Positions 52,668 to 60,851 of a stretch of DNA of 64,000 nt are shown here, piece after piece. The notes below the pieces were generated by a model, which made no database searches, was not told the origin of the DNA, and saw only the letters and a program-made list of their open reading frames with translations. The translations under genes and the position numbers were made by a program. Within the stretch, counting starts at the first letter, position 1. Every line of letters starts with the position of its first letter. The DNA comes from Butyricicoccus sp. (GTDB lineage: Bacteria; Bacillota; Clostridia; Oscillospirales; Butyricicoccaceae): assembly GCA_051887235.1 (NCBI GenBank), contig JBJEZE010000112.1, forward strand, positions 10,146 to 74,145, written 5' to 3'.

Positions 52668-53449
52668 AGCAGTAAATCCGTATACATGACTGCGGTTCCC
52701 AGCTCCAACGGGTTGTGAATCAGTGTTCCGCCGCGTCTCAGTTTTTCCACCGCGTCCTCCGCAATGCCCAGAGGCATGCCGGGTGCGGCGACAACCGCAT
52801 CCTCTGTGATGTGACCGGCGTGAATGACATCCGCTGCCGGCGTCGCGTCCAGTACATAGCGGAACTGTCTTCCATCCAGCGACGAAATCGTGTCATACGG
52901 CAGATCGCGCAGCTTGTCCGGATCCACATCGCACACCACGACCTGCGCGCCGTGTGCGGTCAGCCAGTTCGCCGCCGCCCGTCCCACCGGACCGGCTCCG
53001 GTCACCAGCACGGTCTCTCCGTCCAGCGATCCCGCCACAGCCAGCAGCGCCGCAGCAAACCCGCGTCCGGTCGCATCTCCATTGTCCGAAACCGTTCCGT
53101 TGCCGTAGCGGACAGAAAGATACCGGTTGTCGTCCGCATACATCCCACAGTCTGCCTGCCGCATGGACTGATAGATTCCCTCCACATCCGTGCCGTCCGT
53201 GACAAATGCGTCCGCACCGATATGGTTCAAAATGCCGCAGACCGAATCGGAAAAACCGCCGATCACGCCCCGCCCCGCAGTAATCGGCACCACGCCAATC
53301 CGCAAACTGCGCATATCCGCCGCCGCAAGTCCGCTGGCCGTCAGCGCCAGCTCGCGCAGCGGCATGCCGCACAGTGCGGTCAATTCCGCATCCAGCTGCT
53401 GCAGCTGCTGTGTCAAATGTTCAATATCCTGTTCGGTCAATCTGGTCAT
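52664..53449 (-). CDS. pylD: pyrrolysine synthase PylD (dehydrogenase)
   Basis: MTRLT start, VVPITAGRGVIGGF, ADDNRY, DNGDATGRGF, GAGPVG, PGMPLG, PLELGTA. Confidence 0.9.
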   Translation of the reverse strand: MTRLTEQDIEHLTQQLQQLDAELTALCGMPLRELALTASGLAAADMRSLRIGVVPITAGRGVIGGFSDSVCGILNHIGADAFVTDGTDVEGIYQSMRQADCGMYADDNRYLSVRYGNGTVSDNGDATGRGFAAALLAVAGSLDGETVLVTGAGPVGRAAANWLTAHGAQVVVCDVDPDKLRDLPYDTISSLDGRQFRYVLDATPAADVIHAGHITEDAVVAAPGMPLGIAEDAVEKLRRGGTLIHNPLELGTAVMYTDLLL

Positions 53450-54147
53450 TGCATATACCTCTTCGCGTAATTCTGGCAGTATTCACAGTGTTTGTGTCCG
53501 GACAGGCAGTTTCCGCAATCCATCGCGTCGATCACCGCCTGCTGATCCAGCAGCAGATAGATCCCCGCAAAGCTCTTGACCGGAGCCATCATGCCGCTGG
53601 GCAGCAGCGTGATGTCCACCCTCGCGGCGTCCAGCACGTCAAAGAACGATTTGACTTGCGCCGCCGGAATGCCAAACATACCCGGTGCAAGCGTATCCGT
53701 GATGTAATAGTCTCCGCCATCCTGCGTCTCGCGTTCCAGCAGATAGGTGCGCAGAACGTCCCGTCCCGCGTCCACAATGCAGGTCTCCCACGAATCCGCC
53801 AGATACATCTCGCTGACCGGAAACGCGGAAAGATCCGGCATGGGCGAGTGGAACAGAAAGGCAAAGCCCTTGCGCACGCTGTCCGTCGCAATGTTGTCCA
53901 ACAGCGTGCAGTTCAGAATCTTGTCGTCCGACAGCGCAATCGTCTTGTCCGTGACGTACTCCTTGGGAAACGGCATGACCAGAAATTCCGTATTGGTCTC
54001 CGCAAACAGCTGATCCCAGATTTTTTCCGCCTGTGCGCGGCTTTTCTCCGCCCGTTTGGTGCCGCGGTTCAGCCCGCACATAACCTCCATGTACTGTTTA
54101 GCCCGCTCGTAGAGCTTGCTTGTCGGTATGGTGATGATTTCCTGCAT
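53446..54147 (-). CDS. orfX: methionine-synthase activation-domain-like protein with C-terminal Cys cluster
   Basis: RBS AAGGAG; APGMFG and SGMMAPVKSFAG motifs; C-x2-C-x6-C-x2-C tail; overlaps pylC and pylD. Confidence 0.6.
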   Translation of the reverse strand: MQEIITIPTSKLYERAKQYMEVMCGLNRGTKRAEKSRAQAEKIWDQLFAETNTEFLVMPFPKEYVTDKTIALSDDKILNCTLLDNIATDSVRKGFAFLFHSPMPDLSAFPVSEMYLADSWETCIVDAGRDVLRTYLLERETQDGGDYYITDTLAPGMFGIPAAQVKSFFDVLDAARVDITLLPSGMMAPVKSFAGIYLLLDQQAVIDAMDCGNCLSGHKHCEYCQNYAKRYMQ

Positions 54148-55246
54148 ACTCGTCGCTCCTTGTACTGTATTCCATCGCGCGCTGGATCTTGCGCTCCGCT
54201 TCGGCCCGGCTGGCTCCGGTGGCAATCAGCGTTGCGCGCCAATGGCGGCTGCCGCTGTGATAATCGGTCAGCGCCTCATCGCATCCCAAAAAGTCCGGAA
54301 TCTGTACCAGCGGCCCGGCCTGCGTCATGATGTGTTCGCCGTGCACCGTAACTTCTCCATTGTCCACCTGAATGTGCTGGTAAATGGCGAAGCGCTTTTC
54401 CTGCACAACCGGCCGTTTCAGCCGTCCCTGTGACAGCTCGTACAGCAGCTTCACCATGTTGATGCCGGTGGAGTGATACACCGCTGTCGGTGTCTGACTG
54501 GGAACCCGCGCATCAATTTCCAGCACATGCATGATCCCGCGGCACAGGATCGTTTCAATATCAAAAATACCTTTGATCCCCAACGCCGCACCCAGCTGGT
54601 TGGCAATCTGATACATCTGCCAGCGTTCCTGATGACTCAATTTCACCTTGGCGTTAACGCGGCAGCAGTCATACTGTCCATCCGTGACGATTTCCGTGAT
54701 TTGCAGCGGATAATATCGTGTTCCGTCTCCGATCACCTCGATGGAATACGACGGTCCCTCCAGATACTCCTGAATGACGTCGTTTTCGCTCCATTCCGGC
54801 ATCTCTGCGGCTGAGTTGATTTTGCGCACGCCCGCGCTGCCGCTCTCGCCGGACGGCTTGAGGATCAGTGGGAAATCCGCCTCCGGATAATACCGCGGTA
54901 CAGGGATGTCGTGCTCACGGAAAAACCGGTCGGAAATCAGCTTGGAGCTGCTGATGTGGTAGGCGTGTTCGTCGTGAATCAGCGGTACGCCGCACTGCTC
55001 GGACAACACAGAGAGCGCATGCAGGACCGCGTCGTTTTCCACCGCCGGAAAGATACAGTCACACTGCTTCATCAGCGGTTCCAGTTCGTCGCGCAGCACG
55101 TCCGCGCAGACAAATCGGGTGGCCAGGTTCTGCGCCACACAGGCGGGGTTTTTGTCAATCAGCAATGTCTCATAGCCCGCCTTTCGCGCCAGATAACAGA
55201 TCTCCGTTCCCTGCAGCATCCCGCCAATGACACACAATCGGATCAT
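54098..55246 (-). CDS. pylC: 3-methylornithine--L-lysine ligase PylC (ATP-grasp)
   Basis: IGGMLQGTEICYLARKAG, KPSGESGSAGV, EIDARVPSQTPTAVYHSTGINM, GEHIM. Confidence 0.92.
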   Translation of the reverse strand: MIRLCVIGGMLQGTEICYLARKAGYETLLIDKNPACVAQNLATRFVCADVLRDELEPLMKQCDCIFPAVENDAVLHALSVLSEQCGVPLIHDEHAYHISSSKLISDRFFREHDIPVPRYYPEADFPLILKPSGESGSAGVRKINSAAEMPEWSENDVIQEYLEGPSYSIEVIGDGTRYYPLQITEIVTDGQYDCCRVNAKVKLSHQERWQMYQIANQLGAALGIKGIFDIETILCRGIMHVLEIDARVPSQTPTAVYHSTGINMVKLLYELSQGRLKRPVVQEKRFAIYQHIQVDNGEVTVHGEHIMTQAGPLVQIPDFLGCDEALTDYHSGSRHWRATLIATGASRAEAERKIQRAMEYSTRSDEYAGNHHHTDKQALRAG

Positions 55247-55260
55247 GTTGCTCTCTCCTC

Positions 55261-55551
55261 TCACTTACGAAATACCGTTGCAGAATACTTTTCCAGCTTC
55301 CAGTCCGGCACACGGCATTTCGGACAGGCATCCTTGACGTAGCTGTTGCGCAGCCAGCGGTCGCTGCGGCTGTGCCGTGAATCATTTACCGTGAAGGTGA
55401 TACCGCAGTGCGTTGTGATGACCAGCAGCTGGTCGTGGTACTGAATATTCTTAATGCCGTGCAGGCGGCCGGAGCGCGACGGCCACAGCTTGATGGTTTC
55501 AATCATCTGGGACAGCGGCTGATTTTTGTAGACATAACGTTTGTGTTCCAT
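55261..55551 (-). CDS. pylSn: pyrrolysyl-tRNA synthetase N-terminal subunit PylSn (96 aa)
   Basis: IKLWPSRSGRLHGIK, ITTHCG, DSRHSRSDRWLRN, CPKCRVPDWKLEKY; RBS GAGG. Confidence 0.93.
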   Translation of the reverse strand: MEHKRYVYKNQPLSQMIETIKLWPSRSGRLHGIKNIQYHDQLLVITTHCGITFTVNDSRHSRSDRWLRNSYVKDACPKCRVPDWKLEKYSATVFRK

Positions 55552-55569
55552 TCTCTCGTACCTCATTAT

Positions 55570-55612
55570 AAAAAAACGGAACGGACAATGAATAGACTCC
55601 ATTATCCGTTCC
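55570..55612 (-). terminator. intrinsic terminator between pylT and pylSn
   Basis: GGAACGGATAATG-loop-CATTGTCCGTTCC-G-TTTTTTT. Confidence 0.7.
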
Positions 55613-55616
55613 TGAT

Positions 55617-55688
55617 TGGCGGAGAATACGGGAGTTGCACCCGCCTGTATGGTTTTAGGGACCACATAATCACTCCGATTCATTCTCC
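55617..55688 (-). tRNA. pylT: tRNA-Pyl (anticodon CUA)
   Basis: 72 nt: GGAGAAT/ATTCTCC acceptor stem, 1-nt connector, 4-bp D stem with 5-nt loop, 6-bp anticodon stem with loop CCCUAAA, variable loop CAG, no TΨC, G73, encoded CCA. Confidence 0.95.
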
Positions 55689-55724
55689 ATATAGAATGGC
55701 TGTGTTGGCACAGCCACGTTGTTG

Positions 55725-56561
55725 TTATTTGATATTCAGCCGCGCGCCGTCCAAATAGGCGATGCTCTTGGAGTAGCGGTGGATGCCGGAAGACCGTTCG
55801 CGGTGCATGAGCAGGCGTTCCAGTCCAAAGCCGATTCCGACCCACGAGTCGGTCATCTTCCACGCGTCGTCCAGCGGATGCGGCCCCATGGACGAGGAAC
55901 CAAGTTCCGTACCGTCCGGAGCAACCACGTCCAGACCTTTGCCGTACACGACCGATTCCTCCTGCTCGTAGCCGAAATCCGTAATATCCGCCGCCTTCAT
56001 CACCAGTTCGGCGAACTCGCGCAGGCGGTCTTCCCGCTCGTCCAGCGGTGTTCCCCACTCGACCAGATTCAGCATGGTAAATTCCTTCAGATGCGACCGT
56101 CCTTCGGATTCCTTCCGGAAGCACGAGCCGATCTCGAAAATACGCAGCGGCCGGTCACTCACTTTGAGCAGGCTGCGCGACACATCGTACAGGTTCGGCG
56201 CCAGCATCGGACGCAGACACGTCTTGCGGTCGATCCAATACACCTGTTCGTGGAGCGGATGGGTTCCGTCAATCGTCATGCGATCCAGAAAGGTCTTCGG
56301 GATCATCAGCGGCGTGGTCACTTCGCAGAAACCTGCCTCGCACAGCGCGTCTTCCAAACTGCGGCGCAGCCGGATCAGCTTTGGCATGTGCTCGGTTTGC
56401 ACCAGCCGGAGCAGCATCTCCCGGTTCTGCCGAACCGCCTGCTTTTCCATCTGCTGATACGCGCGCTCCCGCTCCTGTACCGTATCGAAATCTTCATTGA
56501 TCTGTTCTGCCGACACGCCCAGCTCGGTCAGCCGCATCTGCTGCGTCTGTGTAAACTGCAT
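55725..56561 (-). CDS. pylSc: pyrrolysyl-tRNA synthetase catalytic subunit PylSc
   Basis: CLRPMLAPNLY, FEIGSCFRKES, EFTMLNL, VYG, MGPHPLD, WVGIGFGLERL. Confidence 0.95.
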   Translation of the reverse strand: MQFTQTQQMRLTELGVSAEQINEDFDTVQERERAYQQMEKQAVRQNREMLLRLVQTEHMPKLIRLRRSLEDALCEAGFCEVTTPLMIPKTFLDRMTIDGTHPLHEQVYWIDRKTCLRPMLAPNLYDVSRSLLKVSDRPLRIFEIGSCFRKESEGRSHLKEFTMLNLVEWGTPLDEREDRLREFAELVMKAADITDFGYEQEESVVYGKGLDVVAPDGTELGSSSMGPHPLDDAWKMTDSWVGIGFGLERLLMHRERSSGIHRYSKSIAYLDGARLNIK

Positions 56562-56594
56562 TGGTTCTCACCCCCGACGTCCATTGACAAGCTT

Positions 56595-56655
56595 ATTGTA
56601 ACCGCGATTGTCCCCATCAGCAAGGGACAATTCCGCACATTTTCATGGTACCAAT
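56595..56655 (-). promoter_or_regulatory. pylSc promoter with operator
   Basis: TTGCTG-17-TACAAT; inverted repeat ATTGTCCC-N9-GGGACAAT at 56607-56631; GGTACCAAT at 56647. Confidence 0.6.
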
Positions 56656-56901
56656 ATTCCTGTTTTCCACCGGGAAATCGGATTTTTTCTCACCGTTTAG
56701 TCGTCACACCGCTCCTTCCCCTCCGCCCAGTCTCCTCCTATCAACGAACAATATTCTCAAAAATGTTCCTGAAACTCCTCAAAATGGAGGTTAAAATTGT
56801 CCCTTTTCGGTTTTTTTGTCTCTTTTTCTCATTCCGTCCCTCCTTTTTTTCTTTTCCATGCTATAATAGAACCAATGATTCCGAGAAAGGAGCTGACGCC
56901 C

Positions 56902-57744
56902 ATGGATGGCCTGATGACAATCGGAAAGATCTGCGCGGAGACCGGAATGTCCACTTCCAAACTCCGGTATTATGAGTCGCTGGGGTTGATTCAGCCCGCA
57001 TTTCTGGATGAAAAGACCGGATACCGGTACTATTCCCTGAGCCAGTACCGGGAAATCGAGATTCTCAAGCTGTGCGCACAGATGAACTTTCCGCTCAAAA
57101 AAATCAAAGAGCTGAAGGACTGCGGCGATATCGAGGCGTTCTACGACTTCATCAAGCTGCAAAAATTCCGCGCGCGCAAGGCGGTGAGAGAAGCACAGGC
57201 GGTCTGCGACAATGTGGAATGGATGTACGAAGAGATGGCGGACTATCTGGAAAATCCCGCTTGCTCTCAAAGGGACACCCCCTACCTCCGCAGCTTCCCT
57301 TCGCGCCAGGTCATGATGGTGCATCCGGAGGAAAGCGATCCCGCCAATGACATTCTGGCGCAGGACGACAGTCTCACCCGCGCACTCACGGTTTCCACGG
57401 CGGACGAATTTGTCGCTGCACCGCATATCCGCCGTCAGTACGGCTATCAGCTAGACGCGGATGCGTTTTTGCACGGTACTTTGCAGCTGGTTGGAAAATA
57501 CGCCGCCATCGACCGTTTTAGTATGCATTCCAGCTCCAAGCTGACCTGTATTCCGGCTGGGGAGTATCTGTGCATGGATGTCCATCTGTTCGCACCGAAC
57601 CGTGATTGGATCCACACGCTCCGGCAGCATGCACGTCAAACCCACCAGACTATCCGGGACGTCTATGCCCGCGAGCTGTTTTTTAACTTTCTGGATCGGA
57701 ACACCAGCTTGATTCGGGTGGAATGCCTGCTGGAAAACGAGTAA
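56902..57744 (+). CDS. MerR family regulator with C-terminal effector domain
   Basis: MTIGKIC..TGMSTSKLRYYESLGLI.P...TGYRYYS; IPAGEY GyrI-like tail; RBS AAGGAG. Confidence 0.88.
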   Translation: MDGLMTIGKICAETGMSTSKLRYYESLGLIQPAFLDEKTGYRYYSLSQYREIEILKLCAQMNFPLKKIKELKDCGDIEAFYDFIKLQKFRARKAVREAQAVCDNVEWMYEEMADYLENPACSQRDTPYLRSFPSRQVMMVHPEESDPANDILAQDDSLTRALTVSTADEFVAAPHIRRQYGYQLDADAFLHGTLQLVGKYAAIDRFSMHSSSKLTCIPAGEYLCMDVHLFAPNRDWIHTLRQHARQTHQTIRDVYARELFFNFLDRNTSLIRVECLLENE

Positions 57745-57747
57745 AAA

Positions 57748-57789
57748 TGGGCTTTAGGAGACAGCATGTCCGTTCTCCCAAAGCCCATC
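57748..57789. terminator. hairpin between the convergent MerR and MocR genes
   Basis: ATGGGCTTT...AAAGCCCAT. Confidence 0.55.
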
Positions 57790-57791
57790 TG

Positions 57792-59195
57792 TTATTTCCG
57801 GTTCAAATACTCCCGCAGCACCGCGAGAAAACTGCGGCAGCCGACTTCGAGCTTTCTCTCATCCATGGAGTTGAACCCGAACAGGAACACATTCGGCTGT
57901 GCCTTCTCCGGTTCACTGTAATAGTCCGCCGTGGCATACAGCCCAATCGCGTGCTCTGCCATAAACTCTACCAGCTTTTTCTGATCCGTACAGTCCGGTA
58001 TCGTAATCAGCATGTGCGCACCGGCCACATGAGAGGACATCTGCACCTGCTGATTCCCCTCCCGATCAAAAATCTCCCGGATCATCTCATATTTTCGCTT
58101 GTTCAGCATCGCCATCTCGCGGATGTGCCGTTCCAGATACCCTTCCCGGATAAATTCCGCCAGCGCGGCCTGATGGTAGGTCGGAAGCGCGGCATTGAAA
58201 AAGCCAAACTGGTTGTTGTAAACATCCAACATCGAATCCGGAAGGACATAATAGGCACAGCGAACCGACGGTCCCAGCACCTTGGTGAGCATGCTGATGT
58301 AAATGACATGTCCGCTGGTGTCCATGGAGTGCAGAGACGGCAGGCGGCTCTGTCCAAAGCTGAACTCGTTGTCGTAATCGTTTTCAATGATATATACATC
58401 GTGTTCCTGCGCCCATTCCAGCATCTCCAGACGCTTTTTCATCGAGGTAATCACACCCGTCGGGAACTGATGGGACGGCGTGATATACAGCAGGTTGCAG
58501 CGTTGTTCACGCACCTGCTCCAGATCAATGCCATCGTCCAGTACATCAATCGGCACAATTTCCATGCCGACGTTTTCAAAGATCCGTTTCATGCCGTCAA
58601 AGCCCGGATTTTCAAATGCGACGCGGTATTTCCGTCTGGGAAGCAGGGACAGGATGGTCTGCAGACCGTACTGCGTCCCGGCGCAGATGCAAACGTTATT
58701 GCTCTGGCAGGCGACGCCGCGCATGTTGCGCAGGTATTCACACAGTGCCTGCCGCAGCGGCTGATAGCCCTTGTTGCACTCATAGTCCAGCTGCTTTTGG
58801 CATTCCTCGTCCAGCAGCGCGTTCTGCACACACCGCTTCCAACGCGACCACGGGAACGTGGCGGAGTCCATCGCGGTATAACAGAAGTCATATTTCAGCC
58901 GTACGGCCTTTTTGCGTTCCCGATTCTGCTCATTGACGCCTCCGGATGGGATGTTGTCCGCCTGGTAGTCCACAAAGTATCCGCTCCCCCGCACGGTCCG
59001 CAGCAGACCCTCGCTCACCAGCTGCTGATAGGCATGATCCACGGTATTGCGGCTGATATTCAATTCCTGAGACAGCTTTCGGATCGGGACGACCCTCGAA
59101 TTGTATTCCAAGCTGCCATTTAAAATCTCCGCTTTCAGGGCATCATACAACTGCTTGTACAGTGGTTCCCGACAGTTGGGGGACAGATAAATCAT
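57792..59195 (-). CDS. MocR/GabR family regulator (GntR HTH plus PLP aminotransferase domain)
   Basis: PLYKQLY, ISRNTVDHAYQQLVSEG, YITPSHQFPTG, IIENDYDNEF. Confidence 0.93.
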   Translation of the reverse strand: MIYLSPNCREPLYKQLYDALKAEILNGSLEYNSRVVPIRKLSQELNISRNTVDHAYQQLVSEGLLRTVRGSGYFVDYQADNIPSGGVNEQNRERKKAVRLKYDFCYTAMDSATFPWSRWKRCVQNALLDEECQKQLDYECNKGYQPLRQALCEYLRNMRGVACQSNNVCICAGTQYGLQTILSLLPRRKYRVAFENPGFDGMKRIFENVGMEIVPIDVLDDGIDLEQVREQRCNLLYITPSHQFPTGVITSMKKRLEMLEWAQEHDVYIIENDYDNEFSFGQSRLPSLHSMDTSGHVIYISMLTKVLGPSVRCAYYVLPDSMLDVYNNQFGFFNAALPTYHQAALAEFIREGYLERHIREMAMLNKRKYEMIREIFDREGNQQVQMSSHVAGAHMLITIPDCTDQKKLVEFMAEHAIGLYATADYYSEPEKAQPNVFLFGFNSMDERKLEVGCRSFLAVLREYLNRK

Positions 59196-59380
59196 AGAAC
59201 AACCTCCTTACCAGACGCCCGTTTCCGAACAGGGAACCGACTCTGGGACAACTGCAAATCGACCGTAGAAGATCTCTGCGGCCGATTTGCGTGAGAAGCA
59301 TGAACGGAATCCATGTTTTCGAATAAAGAATGATAGGAAATAGAATGAATTGTGTTATATAGAATACATCAACATCACAG

Positions 59381-60721
59381 TTACTGCGTCTGTAAAATGC
59401 GGCTCTCGTTTTTCAGGATCACCGACTCGTTGCGCAGGATCTCCTGCTCGGTCTCCACATAATCGTATGCAACCGTGTTGTGCTCCGCCTGATCCATGCC
59501 GGCGATTTCCTCGGTTGCCGAAACGCGGATACCCATGGTTGCCCGGAGGACAACACAGACAATGGACGTGCAGCAGACGACAAACGCAAAGACTGCCGCC
59601 TCACCCAACAGCTGAACACCCAGCTGTGCAAATCCAGCTCCCTGAAGGACACCGGAGCTTCCAAAGATGCCGGCGAACAGCACGCCCGGAATGCCGCTGA
59701 CAAAGTGCATGGAACCGGCGCCGCATGCGTCGTCAATGTGCAGCTTCTTTTCCACAAACGAGCTGGACGCTACAACGATTATACCGGCAATCACGCCCAG
59801 CAGAATACACGGAAGAATCTCCAGCGTGTTGGCTGTGGAACAAACTGAAACCATGCCGGCCAGCGCACCGTTATAGGCGCCTTCTACGCTCGGCGCTTTA
59901 TCCTTGATCCAAGTGAAGAACAGACCGCCCAGTGCACCAGATGCGCCTGCAATGGTCGTCGTAATGGCGGCATACAGTGCGGTAGAGTCAAATCCCAGCT
60001 CCGAACCGGGGTTAAAGCCATACCAGCCAAACCACAGGATGATCGCGCCCAGCGCCGCCAGCGAAATGCTGTGGCCCTGAATGGCATTCGCGGAACCGTC
60101 TGCGTTGTATTTGCCGACACGCGGTCCGACAAACGCTGCACAGACCAGAGCCGCCATGCCGCCGATGCCGTGAACCGCCAGAGTACCGGCGAAGTCAATG
60201 ATGCCCAGCTGAGCCAGCCAGCCGCCGCCCCAAATCCAGTGGCTTGCAACCGGATAGATGAAGCCGGTCATGAACAGCGACACGATCAGATAGGACTGGA
60301 ACTTGAACCGCTCTGCAACCGCGCCGGAAATAATGGTCGCTGTTGCGCCGCAGAACGCCAGCTGGAAGAAGAAATATACGTACGGATTCAGATTCATATC
60401 CACACAGCTGGCCCAGACGTCCATGCTGCACGCGAACGGATTAAAGAATCCGGTTGTGCCGAACAATCCGAGGAAATCGTCGCCGTACTGCAGGCCGAAG
60501 CCGATAAACAGATACGCAACCGTGCCGACACAAAAGTCCATTAAGTTTTTCAGCCAGATATTTGCCGTATTCTTGGAACGGGTGTAGCCGGTCTCCAGCA
60601 GTGCGAAGCCCGCCTGCATGATGAAGACCAGGGCCGCCGCCAAAAACACGAACAGTGAATTGGTCATATACGCGGAGCTGGATGTCGATTCCAGCATCTC
60701 AATCGCTTGTTGAGCCGTCAT
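59381..60721 (-). CDS. amt: Amt family ammonium/methylammonium transporter
   Basis: MQAGFALLETG, SGAVAER, DFAGTLAVH, LWFGWYGFN, DDACGAGSMH (twin His). Confidence 0.93.
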   Translation of the reverse strand: MTAQQAIEMLESTSSSAYMTNSLFVFLAAALVFIMQAGFALLETGYTRSKNTANIWLKNLMDFCVGTVAYLFIGFGLQYGDDFLGLFGTTGFFNPFACSMDVWASCVDMNLNPYVYFFFQLAFCGATATIISGAVAERFKFQSYLIVSLFMTGFIYPVASHWIWGGGWLAQLGIIDFAGTLAVHGIGGMAALVCAAFVGPRVGKYNADGSANAIQGHSISLAALGAIILWFGWYGFNPGSELGFDSTALYAAITTTIAGASGALGGLFFTWIKDKAPSVEGAYNGALAGMVSVCSTANTLEILPCILLGVIAGIIVVASSSFVEKKLHIDDACGAGSMHFVSGIPGVLFAGIFGSSGVLQGAGFAQLGVQLLGEAAVFAFVVCCTSIVCVVLRATMGIRVSATEEIAGMDQAEHNTVAYDYVETEQEILRNESVILKNESRILQTQ

Positions 60722-60796
60722 AATTGCAAAACCTCCATAAAATCCACGACCGATGATCCCGCATCGGTCCCTTCCATGTTTTTGTTTTTTTACCGG

Positions 60797-60841
60797 CAAA
60801 AAAGAAGAAGATCATTGGCTGTCTCAATCGCCATTGATCTT
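60797..60841 (-). terminator. terminator-like hairpin in the amt leader
   Basis: GAAGATCAATGGC-loop-GCCAATGATCTTC followed by TTCTTTTTT. Confidence 0.55.
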
Positions 60842-60851
60842 CGATGTATAT

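Noticed and set aside
52113-54147. orfX or DUF2284 as a divergent pylB
   Set aside because: Neither has the radical-SAM CxxxCxxC motif or the length and motifs of PylB.
55261-56124. 287-aa ORF in the track ending in the PylSn sequence, suggesting a long or fused PylSn
   Set aside because: The extension overlaps pylSc in another frame and runs through the tRNA and terminator. The real start is the ATG at 55551 with an RBS.
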